Shown: piece after piece, positions 6,914 through 15,483 of the stretch
Numbering within the stretch: the first letter of the stretch is position 1
How the letters are laid out: every line of letters starts with the position of its first letter
Program-made: the position numbers and the translations under genes
From: an uncultured virus (IMG/VR IMGVR_UViG_3300032893_002794)
Lineage: Duplodnaviria > Heunggongvirae > Uroviricota > Caudoviricetes
DNA length: 26,998 nt
Direction: 5' to 3' (one strand)
IMG/VR virus record: IMGVR_UViG_3300032893_002794
Notes under the pieces: generated by a model
What the model saw: only the letters and a program-made list of their open reading frames with translations
What the model was told of the DNA's origin: nothing
Database searches by the model: none

Positions 6914-8100
6914 GTCTCACCCTTCTCTCCCAGGTAGTGTGCCGGTCGCTTGCCGTCAGGGGTCCAGATGAAGCGCACCAGGAGCACGGTCGGCGGCAGA
7001 CCCCGCTTCTCCATCAAGCTCTCGAGCATGGCCCGGAGGCCCACCTTGTAGTCGGTCAGGGCGTTCTGCACGGCGCCTCCACCCCAACCCTGAGTCGGGT
7101 ACGTCCCGATCTGGAAGAGACCTCGGTGCTTCTTGTAGAGATCTTCGATCTCTCCGACCTCAGCCTCGTTCTGCGGCCCAAACCGCACACCAAACGACAC
7201 CCAGAAGGCTCCCCCCATGGGTGGTCTCGACGGGAAGTACTCGAAGTACCGGAACACATGGCTCAAGAACTCCACGATGAGAGTATGAGCGCCGGCCTCT
7301 CGCCAGATGTCAGGCAGAGACTCGATCCGGAGCTCCCCGTCTACGGTCCCGTCAGCGTTGACGTACGTCTGCACACCCATCACGAGACCCGCACCCTCAG
7401 CAGCGATGCCGTCGAAGAGCGCCACGAGCCTCGTCTGCATCAAGATCTCCGCCTGCCTCGACCTCTCGGGCAGGAGGGGCAGCTCAGGCCTCCTGCGCTT
7501 GCGCTTGCGCTTCCCAGGCTTCTTAGCGACTGGCTTCCTCGCGACTGGCTTCCTCGCGGCAGGCTTCCTCGCGGCAGGCTTCCTCGCGGCAGGCTTCCTC
7601 GCGGCAGGCTTCCTCGTGGCAGGCTTCTTCGCGGCAGGCTTCTTCGCGGCAGGCTTCCTCGCGACGGGCTTCCTCGCGGCAGGCTTCCTCGAGACGGGCT
7701 TCCTCGCGACGGGCTTCCTCGCGGCAGGCTTCCTCGAGACGGGCTTCCTCGCGACGGGCTTCCTGGCAGCAGTCTTCTTTGCCTCTGGCTTCCTCGAGAC
7801 GGGCTTCCTCGCGGCAGGCTTCCTGGCAACAGGCTTCTTCGCGGTAGGCTTCCTGGCAGCAGTCTTCTTTGCCTCTGGCTTCCTCGCGACGGACTTCTTG
7901 GCGGCAAACTTCTTCGCAGCAGGCTTCTTGGCTGCTGACTTCCTCGCGGCGGGCTTCTTCGCTGCAGTCTTCTCAGCCTCTGACTTCCTCGCCACGGTCT
8001 CTATCTCAGCCAGCTTCTTGGCGAAGCGACCGAGCTCGTCGCGAGGCTGCCGCCTTCGTCCCCTGCTAGCCACTCTGGTCCTCGCTCGACTGGTCGGCAA
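6910..8100 (-). CDS. Histone H1/Hc2-like basic repeat protein fused to a C-terminal globular domain
   Basis: About 30 KP[AVTE][AS][RK] pentapeptides, N-terminal QPRDELGRF motif, ~190-aa non-repetitive C-terminus. Confidence 0.8.
   Translation of the reverse strand: MPTSRARTRVASRGRRRQPRDELGRFAKKLAEIETVARKSEAEKTAAKKPAARKSAAKKPAAKKFAAKKSVARKPEAKKTAARKPTAKKPVARKPAARKPVSRKPEAKKTAARKPVARKPVSRKPAARKPVARKPVSRKPAARKPVARKPAAKKPAAKKPATRKPAARKPAARKPAARKPAARKPVARKPVAKKPGKRKRKRRRPELPLLPERSRQAEILMQTRLVALFDGIAAEGAGLVMGVQTYVNADGTVDGELRIESLPDIWREAGAHTLIVEFLSHVFRYFEYFPSRPPMGGAFWVSFGVRFGPQNEAEVGEIEDLYKKHRGLFQIGTYPTQGWGGGAVQNALTDYKVGLRAMLESLMEKRGLPPTVLLVRFIWTPDGKRPAHYLGEKGET
7512..7990. repeat. Coding 15-bp tandem repeat (consensus ggcttcctcgcggca) with higher-order duplication
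   Basis: Directly visible; the block encoding KPEAKKTAARKP occurs twice. Confidence 0.95.
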
Positions 8101-9511
8101 GCGACTTCAACAACAGCTCCCGCACGATGTCCCTCACAGGCGCCGGGATCTCAGACAAGATCGGATTGTCGCTCGCCCCCACGACCAATGTCTTGGATGA
8201 GTCGTACGTCGACTTGTGCCGAACCTTGAAGCGCCGGAACGCCGCGCGCTCACCACCTCTCAAGAAGTACGCCGTGCCCACTGGCAGCATGGGCAGCTGA
8301 CTCAGGCACGATACTCGCTGGCTCTCGCTGACCTTGTGGTCAAAGTGGGTGAGCCAATCTTCCACCGCTCGCAGATCTTGGGGCGCCGCCATCTGCAGGA
8401 GCCACAAGGCGTCCACCTGAGAGAGCACGTTCTTCGAGATCACGGCCGGGCGCAGGCTGATGAGCGTCACCCCGATGCCTCGCGACCTCCCCCGCATCAC
8501 CATCCTCTCCACGTGACCGAGCGCCCTCTTCTGGTGCTTCGAGATCGCTCCCAGCCGCTGTGGAGCGAACTCGTCCGCCTCGTCTATCACGACGTGGATC
8601 GGGAAGTGCGGCAACCCTACGAGCCTCTCGCAGAAGGAGGCAACGACCTCGTGCTGCTCCGACGGAGCCAGCTCCGACAGGTCGACCACCACGGGCCTGG
8701 GCCTCACGGCGTTGACCACCTCCGCGATGCCAGCACCGCTGCCGGACGCGATCTTCTCGTGACCCCGCGGGCCTCCGAGCAAGATGGCCCCATAAGCTGA
8801 TGGCTCGCCACCTGCCGTCGAGAGCAGCCCCCACCAAACTCCTGTAGGGTCAAACACCACCACCGTCACCCCGTCGAGCCCCAAGAGCTCCTCCACGAGC
8901 ACCATGCCGAGGTAGCTCTTGCCTGATCCCTTACGCGCCAAGATCGCCCCTGTCATGCTGGCGCTCCCGTCCGAGGGCAACATGAGCACCTCCGGAGGGT
9001 CTGAGAGCACGAGCCCTCCGCCAGCCGACACCTCGCCGGCATCATCTCCCACATTGAAATCGAGCTCATCTTCCGAGATCTCGTCGTCTCTCGTCGCGAC
9101 TGCTGGGAGCGCTCTCGACTCCACCGACTCGTCCAAATCCAGACCGTCGATCAGAGTGGCCAGATCTTGTCTTGCCTCGAGATCTCCGCGCCTCCTGAGC
9201 TTGAGATGCGACAGCGACCTCACGACGACGTACCCGGAGTCGAGCAGCTCGCCCAGCTCCGACACGAGCTCGACCGGACTGTCGACCTTTCGCCTCAGCT
9301 CCGACGCGTGGTGAAACTCACCGTCCCCGAGCACCTCGAGCAAGCGACTCTTCCTGGCAGACCCTCCGCGAGGGTACACGCCTGCCGTCCCTCCAGAATA
9401 TATGCGAGCCGCGCTCCGCACGGCCTGCGGAGCCTGGGGCTCCTCGCGCTGTGGCGGCGCGAGGGGATAGCTCGACGGCGGCGGTATTCTTGGTCCTCGG
9501 CGCAGCAGCAC
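8066..9511 (-). CDS. HerA/FtsK-superfamily ATPase (DUF87-like) with N-terminal winged HTH
   Basis: Walker A ARKGSGKS, VFDPTG, Walker B HVVIDEADEFAPQ, arginine-finger region RGRSRGIG...SLRPA. LLEVLGDGEFHHASEL resembles the BirA-type HTH. Start uncertain. Confidence 0.85.
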   Translation of the reverse strand: MLLRRGPRIPPPSSYPLAPPQREEPQAPQAVRSAARIYSGGTAGVYPRGGSARKSRLLEVLGDGEFHHASELRRKVDSPVELVSELGELLDSGYVVVRSLSHLKLRRRGDLEARQDLATLIDGLDLDESVESRALPAVATRDDEISEDELDFNVGDDAGEVSAGGGLVLSDPPEVLMLPSDGSASMTGAILARKGSGKSYLGMVLVEELLGLDGVTVVVFDPTGVWWGLLSTAGGEPSAYGAILLGGPRGHEKIASGSGAGIAEVVNAVRPRPVVVDLSELAPSEQHEVVASFCERLVGLPHFPIHVVIDEADEFAPQRLGAISKHQKRALGHVERMVMRGRSRGIGVTLISLRPAVISKNVLSQVDALWLLQMAAPQDLRAVEDWLTHFDHKVSESQRVSCLSQLPMLPVGTAYFLRGGERAAFRRFKVRHKSTYDSSKTLVVGASDNPILSEIPAPVRDIVRELLLKSLADQSSEDQSG

Positions 9512-9520
9512 GAGTGACCC

Positions 9521-9880
9521 CTACTTCGCTGAGCCCTCTGCGCCATCGGCGCTCTCCGCGACTTCGTCTGCTCCTATCTTCTTGGGGCTGAGCGGCTCGT
9601 CGTGCGGCTTGCCCTCGTCGTCGAACCACAGGAGGCGGTGAGGGATCAGCCTGGCCATCGCGGTCAAGTCGACCATGAAGTCCGCCCTCCGAGTATCGCC
9701 CTGCTTGAGATATGAGTTTATAGACTGCTCGAGCTGCTCGGTGTCGAACAAGAACTCCTCGCCGCTCGCGTCCGTGTACACATACACGTCCAGGTGGTCG
9801 CAGTACGCAATCTTGGTTAACACCTTCGACCGCGCCGCTCCTGCCACTGCGTCCGTTGCTCGCTCGTCATCTGTAGACAT
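9521..9880 (-). CDS. Acidic hypothetical protein
   Basis: GGAGG SD before ATG at 9880; high-GC codon pattern. Confidence 0.7.
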   Translation of the reverse strand: MSTDDERATDAVAGAARSKVLTKIAYCDHLDVYVYTDASGEEFLFDTEQLEQSINSYLKQGDTRRADFMVDLTAMARLIPHRLLWFDDEGKPHDEPLSPKKIGADEVAESADGAEGSAK

Positions 9881-9997
9881 CAGTCGTCCTCCGCTGCGAT
9901 TGTCAACCAAACAAAGATCGAGGTCGGGGCAAGGAGACAGTGCTCTCCTACCATCAAAAAATCGACCGTCTCCCCGCCCTCCTCGTATAGTATCCGA

Positions 9998-10255
9998 CTA
10001 CTGAGAGGAAGCCGCCTCGGGCAGAGCTCTCCTCACGCGGGGCCTGCGCCCCTTCTGCTGGTCTACGCCGCCTGAGCTGTCAGCGTCAGATGCCGCCGCC
10101 TCGAGGAGCATGAGCGAGAGCTTCCTCACCTGCCTCGCCACCTTGTTCCGCCAGACGCTCGAACGGCGCGTGTCCTTGAGGACAGCGTCCCAGAGCCTCA
10201 GCAGATACGAGGCATCGCTCCGGTAGCTCGGTCGCATCTTTACAGGTCGGGACAT
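9998..10255 (-). CDS. Basic hypothetical protein
   Basis: ORF packed behind the SSB-like gene. Confidence 0.6.
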   Translation of the reverse strand: MSRPVKMRPSYRSDASYLLRLWDAVLKDTRRSSVWRNKVARQVRKLSLMLLEAAASDADSSGGVDQQKGRRPRVRRALPEAASSQ

Positions 10256-10264
10256 GACCTTGGC

Positions 10265-10792
10265 CTACGAGGCAGATGCTGCCTCGTCGCCCTCCGCCGA
10301 GCCATCGAAGTCAGCCGCATCGTCGTCGGCGACGGGCGCCTTGACCATCGCATGACGAGTGTCGAACGCGTGCATCGTCCTGCCTCCCGAGAGCTTGATC
10401 TTCTCGCGAGTGATCTGACCCCAGACCTCGTAGATGGCCCCTTGCTTGATGTCGGAGACGAGCGCCTCCCACCCCTTCGTCTTGGGCCCGTAGTTGACGT
10501 TGATGATCTCGCCGGGCTTCGCCTCGACCATCTTCGCGTCCTCGCCCCGGTCGACCCGGACCTGGCAGGACTGCTTGATCTCGACCTGGAAGAACTTCGC
10601 CGTGCCGTCAGCCCGCAGCTTCGACGGCGCCTCGAAGACGCCGATCAAGGTGCCGAAGAGCGTGTTGCCGATGAGCGAGTGGTCGAACCAGCCGGTCGCT
10701 ATCGCGCTGCCCGACCGCTGGAAGCCTTCGGGCGGGGCAGCCATGGGACCTGTCGACTGTGACACCGCGGACGTTTCTCGATTTCGCGCCAT
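10265..10792 (-). CDS. Putative single-stranded DNA-binding protein
   Basis: Beta-rich core with aromatic and basic residues plus an acidic tail (DDDAADFDGSAEGDEAASAS); AGGAG SD; first gene of the replication arm. Function inferred. Confidence 0.55.
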   Translation of the reverse strand: MARNRETSAVSQSTGPMAAPPEGFQRSGSAIATGWFDHSLIGNTLFGTLIGVFEAPSKLRADGTAKFFQVEIKQSCQVRVDRGEDAKMVEAKPGEIINVNYGPKTKGWEALVSDIKQGAIYEVWGQITREKIKLSGGRTMHAFDTRHAMVKAPVADDDAADFDGSAEGDEAASAS

Positions 10793-10859
10793 TGTGATCT
10801 CCTGTCATGGTGTGGGTTTCGCCGCCGACGAGGATCGATCCTTCGAATCCTCCAGAAAG

Positions 10860-10965
10860 ACGACCGCGCGAAGCTACTCCCGCAATAATTCGAACACAAC
10901 AAAAAAATATAGCCGTACCACATTTCCGAATTATGAGTCCCTCAAACAATCGTGCTAGCATGCCC
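10860..10965. promoter_or_regulatory. AT-rich divergent promoter region with 8-bp inverted repeat and extended -10
   Basis: Strand switch; A-tract; ATAATTCG (10885-10892) and CGAATTAT (10927-10934); TGcTAGCAT at 10953-10961. Confidence 0.6.
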
Positions 10966-10968
10966 GGC

Positions 10969-11175
10969 ATGGCCCAGAGAGGACGCGACACTCGTCACCC
11001 GATCGCTCGCACGTACATCAACAAGACCACGTCTCCGTCGGGGAAGACCAAAATCCACGCCCGCGTCTACTCCCCCTCCTATGACGTCGACCTCCGAGGG
11101 ACAGGCTCCACCGTCGACGATGCCGTAGGCAGAGTCCTCGACAAGCTCAGGCCCAAGCGAACGAAGAAGAGGTAG
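10969..11175 (+). CDS. Small basic hypothetical protein, possibly leaderless
   Basis: 3' part of ORF 10807-11175; ATG lies 7 nt after TAGCAT. Alternative start at 10960. Confidence 0.6.
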   Translation: MAQRGRDTRHPIARTYINKTTSPSGKTKIHARVYSPSYDVDLRGTGSTVDDAVGRVLDKLRPKRTKKR

Positions 11176-11180
11176 CTCCT

Positions 11181-11414
11181 GTGAATAACTGCCGCCACGT
11201 CGACCACCTGCCCAACGTGTTCCCTGGCTGGGCCTGTTGTAAGTGTCGAACTTACAATGACTACCAGAGGCCGCGCTGCCGCAGCTGCGGTCACGATCAC
11301 TGCTACGCCGTCGACCAATACCACTCTCTCCTGCCCGTCGCCGACAGCGACGACCTCTACGACCCGATCATTCGAACCATGGTGAGACGATCACCGTCGC
11401 AGAAGCCATCATGA
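11181..11414 (+). CDS. RanBP2-type zinc finger protein
   Basis: WACCKCRTYNDYQRPRCRSC fits W-x-C-x2-C-x3-N-x6-C-x2-C exactly. Confidence 0.7.
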   Translation: MNNCRHVDHLPNVFPGWACCKCRTYNDYQRPRCRSCGHDHCYAVDQYHSLLPVADSDDLYDPIIRTMVRRSPSQKPS

Positions 11415-11701
11415 ACAATGACAGCAGCCCCTGCTGCGCATTCTGCGATCAGAACGACTTGAACAAGCCGTTGCCTTCTTGCGCGATCGAGTTCGTCCAG
11501 CGAAAGTGCTGCAACTTCTGCGAGCAATACCACCTGATATTGGTGCTGCCACCCACTGACCTCACAGACGAAGACTTAGAAGATCCCCATTATTTCGGAG
11601 ATTTAGACTTAGTCAACATGAGCGACAAGGACCGAGATGCTCTACTTAAAGAAGCTGACGACAGACTGGCCGAGATAGAGAGGAGAAAAAGAACATGGTA
11701 A
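11411..11701 (+). CDS. Cys-rich, acidic hypothetical protein
   Basis: ATGA overlap with the upstream gene; CCAFC and CCNFC motifs. Confidence 0.65.
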   Translation: MNNDSSPCCAFCDQNDLNKPLPSCAIEFVQRKCCNFCEQYHLILVLPPTDLTDEDLEDPHYFGDLDLVNMSDKDRDALLKEADDRLAEIERRKRTW

Positions 11702-11708
11702 AAAAACC

Positions 11709-13733
11709 TTGAAGATCACGTTCTGGAAGGGAGTGTTCGTCGCCGACCACCAGCCCGGCGACGAGAAAGTCCTCAAGAAGGTCGGCTTCGTCGAGCACGA
11801 GCCCTCGCTGTGCGAGCCCTCTCGGTGCCGGGCCTGCCGAGCCAAGATAGGGCGCCGCTACTACTCGTCCAAGATCGAGCACGCGTCTCGACTCAAGCGC
11901 TACTGCACCGATCGCGCCCTCGAGGTGATGCGCGACCACCTGGCGAAGCTCGCCTCCTCGAGAGCGACCACCACGACGCTCTCCATACCAGCACCCCCCG
12001 GCGAGATGTACCGACCCTTCCAGGCCGCCGGGATCGCCTACGCCGTCCAGCACAAAGACACCCTCATAGGCGACGACATGGGACTCGGCAAGACCGTCCA
12101 GGCCCTCGGGTTCGCCAACTACTCCCGGCCAGTGACCATCTTGGTGGTCGCCCCAGCTACCCTCGCCCTCAACTGGAAGCTCGAGGCCGAGAAGTGGCTC
12201 TGCCGCCGGCACGAGATAGTCATCCCGCAGAAGACCACCGACGTCCTGCCCCCGCCAGGCGAGAGACCTCTGCTCGTAATCACGAACTACGAGAAGATCT
12301 ACGGGGTGAGCCGCGCGGTGACCACCTGCCCCTACTGCAGGTCCATCAATACGAGACCAAATCCCACTTGGACGTGCCTAGCCTGCTCTAGAACTTTCGC
12401 CGTCACCTGCCCGAGCTGCCAGTCTCCCTTGTCGATCTCCTCGCCAGCCAAGCTCCCAGCTACGACAAGCGAGCACGCGTGCCCGAGCTGCGGGCTCACG
12501 TTCGCCCCCACCTGCCCTCACTGCCACTCACCAAACAAAATCTCGTCATCTCCACAAATATCCGGGCACACCTGCAGAGACTGCGAGCGCACCTTCACGA
12601 GCGACAAGCTGACCAAGGTGCTGTTCGACACCCCTCTGTCGAGGAGCCTGCGCAGACCCTGGGACCTCGGCATCTTCGACGAGGCCCACGCCCTCAAGAA
12701 CCACGAGTCCTACCGCTCGAGAGCCGTGCTCGGAGAAGGAGGCCTCTACGACTGCTCGAGGCGGGCCCTCTTCCTGTCGGGCACCCCCCTCGAGCAGAGA
12801 CCGATCGAGATCTGGCCGATCGCCTCTCGACTCTGCCCGGCCAAGTTCGGCGACTGGTGGGACTTCGCGAGGAGATACTGCGCCCTCCACCGAGAGACCA
12901 GGGGCCGCAAGACCGTCTGGGTCGCCGACGGATCGTCCAACCACGCCGAGCTCCAGCAGCGACTGCGCACCTCCTTCATGATCAGGAGGACAAAAAATGA
13001 CGTCCTCAAAGATCTCCCTCCCAAGTGTCGCCAAATGTTGGTACTCGACGACAGCGACGTCGACTGGGGCAAGTTCCCGGACCTCGTCCACTGGAAAGAG
13101 CACCTGAGCCAAGATTTCGACGATGCCCTCGCCCGACTGCTGTCGGCGAAGACCATGGACGACTACCGCAGGGCCGCCCGCAGGCTCGACGAGGTATCCG
13201 TCCCCTTCACGGAGACGAGCGTGGTCCGGCACCAGGTCGGCCTCGCTAAGATAGACGCCTGCCTGCGCCTCACAGACGAGATGCTGGCATCCGGGCTCGA
13301 CAGCCTGGCGATCTTCGCGCACCACAAAGACGTACTCGAGAAGATACACGACCACTACGGTGACGACTCATGCGTAATATACGGCGACACCCCCATGGAC
13401 CAGCGAATCCCAATCGTGAAGCTGTTCCAGGAGGGTCAAAAGAAGATCTTCATAGGCGGGCTCAAGGCGGCCGGCGTGGGGATCACCCTCACGAGGACGT
13501 CAAACCTCGTGTTCTACGAGAGCGACTGGAACCCGGGCACGGTCAGGCAGGCAGAAGACAGGTGCTGCCGCATCGGCCAGAAGAGGATGGTCAACATCAC
13601 CCACCCGGTACTGGACAAGAGCCTCGACGCGAACATGGTGAAGATGATCTTGGCCAAGCAGAACGTGGTCGACAAGATCTTGGACAACCCCACCGAGATA
13701 CAGCTCAGGAAGGTGGGCCTGGAGAGCTGCTGA
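11709..13733 (+). CDS. SNF2-family (SMARCAL1/HARP-like) helicase/ATPase with zinc-ribbon insertion
   Basis: YRPFQ (Q motif), GDDMGLGKTVQ (I), VVAP...NW (Ia), DEAH (II), LSGTP (III), IFAHH (IV), GVGITLT (V), QAEDRCCRIGQ (VI). Confidence 0.93.
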   Translation: MKITFWKGVFVADHQPGDEKVLKKVGFVEHEPSLCEPSRCRACRAKIGRRYYSSKIEHASRLKRYCTDRALEVMRDHLAKLASSRATTTTLSIPAPPGEMYRPFQAAGIAYAVQHKDTLIGDDMGLGKTVQALGFANYSRPVTILVVAPATLALNWKLEAEKWLCRRHEIVIPQKTTDVLPPPGERPLLVITNYEKIYGVSRAVTTCPYCRSINTRPNPTWTCLACSRTFAVTCPSCQSPLSISSPAKLPATTSEHACPSCGLTFAPTCPHCHSPNKISSSPQISGHTCRDCERTFTSDKLTKVLFDTPLSRSLRRPWDLGIFDEAHALKNHESYRSRAVLGEGGLYDCSRRALFLSGTPLEQRPIEIWPIASRLCPAKFGDWWDFARRYCALHRETRGRKTVWVADGSSNHAELQQRLRTSFMIRRTKNDVLKDLPPKCRQMLVLDDSDVDWGKFPDLVHWKEHLSQDFDDALARLLSAKTMDDYRRAARRLDEVSVPFTETSVVRHQVGLAKIDACLRLTDEMLASGLDSLAIFAHHKDVLEKIHDHYGDDSCVIYGDTPMDQRIPIVKLFQEGQKKIFIGGLKAAGVGITLTRTSNLVFYESDWNPGTVRQAEDRCCRIGQKRMVNITHPVLDKSLDANMVKMILAKQNVVDKILDNPTEIQLRKVGLESC

Positions 13734-13777
13734 CCACCGAGAGATGGGCAGCAGACGACGCCGCAAGATCTCCCATA

Positions 13778-14788
13778 GTGAGGCGAGCCGAACTGCTGCT
13801 CCAAGATCCTCACCTGCGCATAGAGAAGCGGAGGTCCGAGCTCAGGCAACAGCACGACGAGAGGATCTACGGCCCCCAAGGAGAGTCGCGATCGGAGATC
13901 ATCACGAAGAGGGTCGAGCTCGTGCCCCTCGAACAGGTGCAGATCGACCCAAACTTCCCCAACATCCGCCTCGTGGCCACCGAGCAGGAGCTCGCCGAGC
14001 TCGCGGAGAGCATGAAATACGAGGGACTCAAGCAGCCCATCACCGTCCTCGCGTCGCCTCCTCCCGAGACGTGGCTGTGGCTGCGCGCCGGCTTCCGGCG
14101 CACTACCGCGGCCCGCCGGCTAGGCTGGCAGAAGATACCAGCCATCGTCCTGCCCCACGACACACCCGTCGTCGAAGAGTACTGGACCAACATCATAGAG
14201 AACTCCGCGCGGCAGCGACTCTCGACCTACGAGATCGCCCTCTCGGCGAAGACCATGCGCGACCGCTTCGGAGTTCGCCCGAGAGATTTTGCCCGCCGGG
14301 CAGGATATTCCGACTCCTACGTCGAAAATCTGCTGCGCTGCCTGGACCGACTGCCCGAAGAGATACTGCAGGAGTGGCGGAACCGAGCCCCGATCCCTCT
14401 CGACCTCTACGTCCAGTGGTCAGCGCTGCGTCCCCCCGAGGCCGTCAAGATGATGCTCGCCTATTGCGGTCGCCACAAGAGCGTCACCAGCGGCTGGCAG
14501 CCTCCCCCCGAAGTCAAAGAGAAATACTTCCCCGCCAAGATGGCCTCGCAGCGAGGTCTCGCCCGCATGACCAAGCTGCGCTTCGCCCTCGAGGTTGCTC
14601 GCAAGCTGGACCAGCCCACGCGCGAGATCTGCCTGCAGGTAGTCGACTTCTGCACTGGATCTCGCGACAACGTCCGCGACGTGTACGACGAGGGCAAGAA
14701 GCTGCGCACCTACAAGAGCCGCACGAAAAATAGCGATCCCGAGTCCGCAGGAGCACCCGACCGAGAAGATGCCACCGCGAAAGATTGA
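13778..14788 (+). CDS. ParB/Spo0J-family partition protein
   Basis: LAESMKYEGLKQPITV, AGFRR arginine patch, IIENSARQRLS, following HTH (ARRAGYSDSYVENLLR). True start lies near 13730-13778, not 13370. Confidence 0.85.
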   Translation: MRRAELLLQDPHLRIEKRRSELRQQHDERIYGPQGESRSEIITKRVELVPLEQVQIDPNFPNIRLVATEQELAELAESMKYEGLKQPITVLASPPPETWLWLRAGFRRTTAARRLGWQKIPAIVLPHDTPVVEEYWTNIIENSARQRLSTYEIALSAKTMRDRFGVRPRDFARRAGYSDSYVENLLRCLDRLPEEILQEWRNRAPIPLDLYVQWSALRPPEAVKMMLAYCGRHKSVTSGWQPPPEVKEKYFPAKMASQRGLARMTKLRFALEVARKLDQPTREICLQVVDFCTGSRDNVRDVYDEGKKLRTYKSRTKNSDPESAGAPDREDATAKD

Positions 14789-14829
14789 TCTGTATCCAAA
14801 TTTATGCGAGCGTATGCGCTTCTCTGCCC

Positions 14830-15042
14830 ATGCCGCACATGCACCTCATACAGACCAAGGTGTCGAAAGAGACCTTAAAGGCGCTGGACGCGCTGGCCCG
14901 GGCAGTTGGACACAAGCGCGCCGGTTACCTGCGGCACCTCGTAGAGGTCCACGTGCGAGCGATCGAGCCTAAGCTCCTGGCGTCGCTGTCCAAGACGAGA
15001 CCCGACGTGCTCTCCCCCAAAAGGAGGCCTCGTGGACAATAG
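14830..15042 (+). CDS. Ribbon-helix-helix (CopG-like) DNA-binding protein
   Basis: IQTKVSKETLKALDALARAVGHKRAGYLRHLV has the strand-helix-G-helix RHH pattern. Confidence 0.7.
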   Translation: MPHMHLIQTKVSKETLKALDALARAVGHKRAGYLRHLVEVHVRAIEPKLLASLSKTRPDVLSPKRRPRGQ

Positions 15043-15463
15043 TCGGCAGAAGATAGTGGAGAAGTACGCGAAGCTCATGAAGCTCGCTCGCGGCGCAGCC
15101 AACCAGCACGAGTCTGAGAGCGCCCTAAAAGCCGCCCGCAAGCTCGCCTCCGACCACGGGCTGACGGAAACTGAGATCCAGTCTGGCCAGATGAGCGCAG
15201 CCTTCGACGACCTGCTCGACATGGTAAAGAAGATCGTGACAGAGCACCCAGCCATACCAGTCGGACTGTTCGACACCGAGTCCATCGTCACCGACGTGCT
15301 CGGCAAGATCAAGACCATCAACGACGTCGAGAAGGCGAAGAAGCTGCGCCAGGCAGCCATGATAGTGCGCACTGCCTCGCTCGTGGCGGGCGACAACCGG
15401 ACGCTGCGAGAGATCAAGTCAGCCCTCGACACCGTCATCAAGAACCACGAGATCACAATCTGA
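15032..15463 (+). CDS. DUF2786-like domain protein
   Basis: KIVEKYAKLMKLA...NQHESESALKAARKLASDHGL matches the DUF2786 pattern; AGGAGG SD. Confidence 0.7.
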   Translation: MDNSRQKIVEKYAKLMKLARGAANQHESESALKAARKLASDHGLTETEIQSGQMSAAFDDLLDMVKKIVTEHPAIPVGLFDTESIVTDVLGKIKTINDVEKAKKLRQAAMIVRTASLVAGDNRTLREIKSALDTVIKNHEITI

Positions 15464-15483
15464 AAACGGAGCAGAAACACCCC

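Noticed and set aside
6937..8200. Long plus-strand and alternate-frame ORFs (333, 297, 155 aa) over the H1-like repeat
   Set aside because: Shadow frames of a stop-free 15-bp repeat.
9880..9997. 24-codon leader ORF and short hairpin upstream of the 9880 gene
   Set aside because: Stem of only about 5-6 bp and no well-spaced SD; not distinguishable from chance.
12320..12600. Intein in the helicase
   Set aside because: No C-terminal HN-C/S/T splice junction or LAGLIDADG blocks; the insert is a zinc-ribbon array.
13370..13729. N-terminal 120 aa of the 472-aa ParB ORF
   Set aside because: Overlaps conserved helicase motifs V-VI in another frame and reads as shadow sequence.
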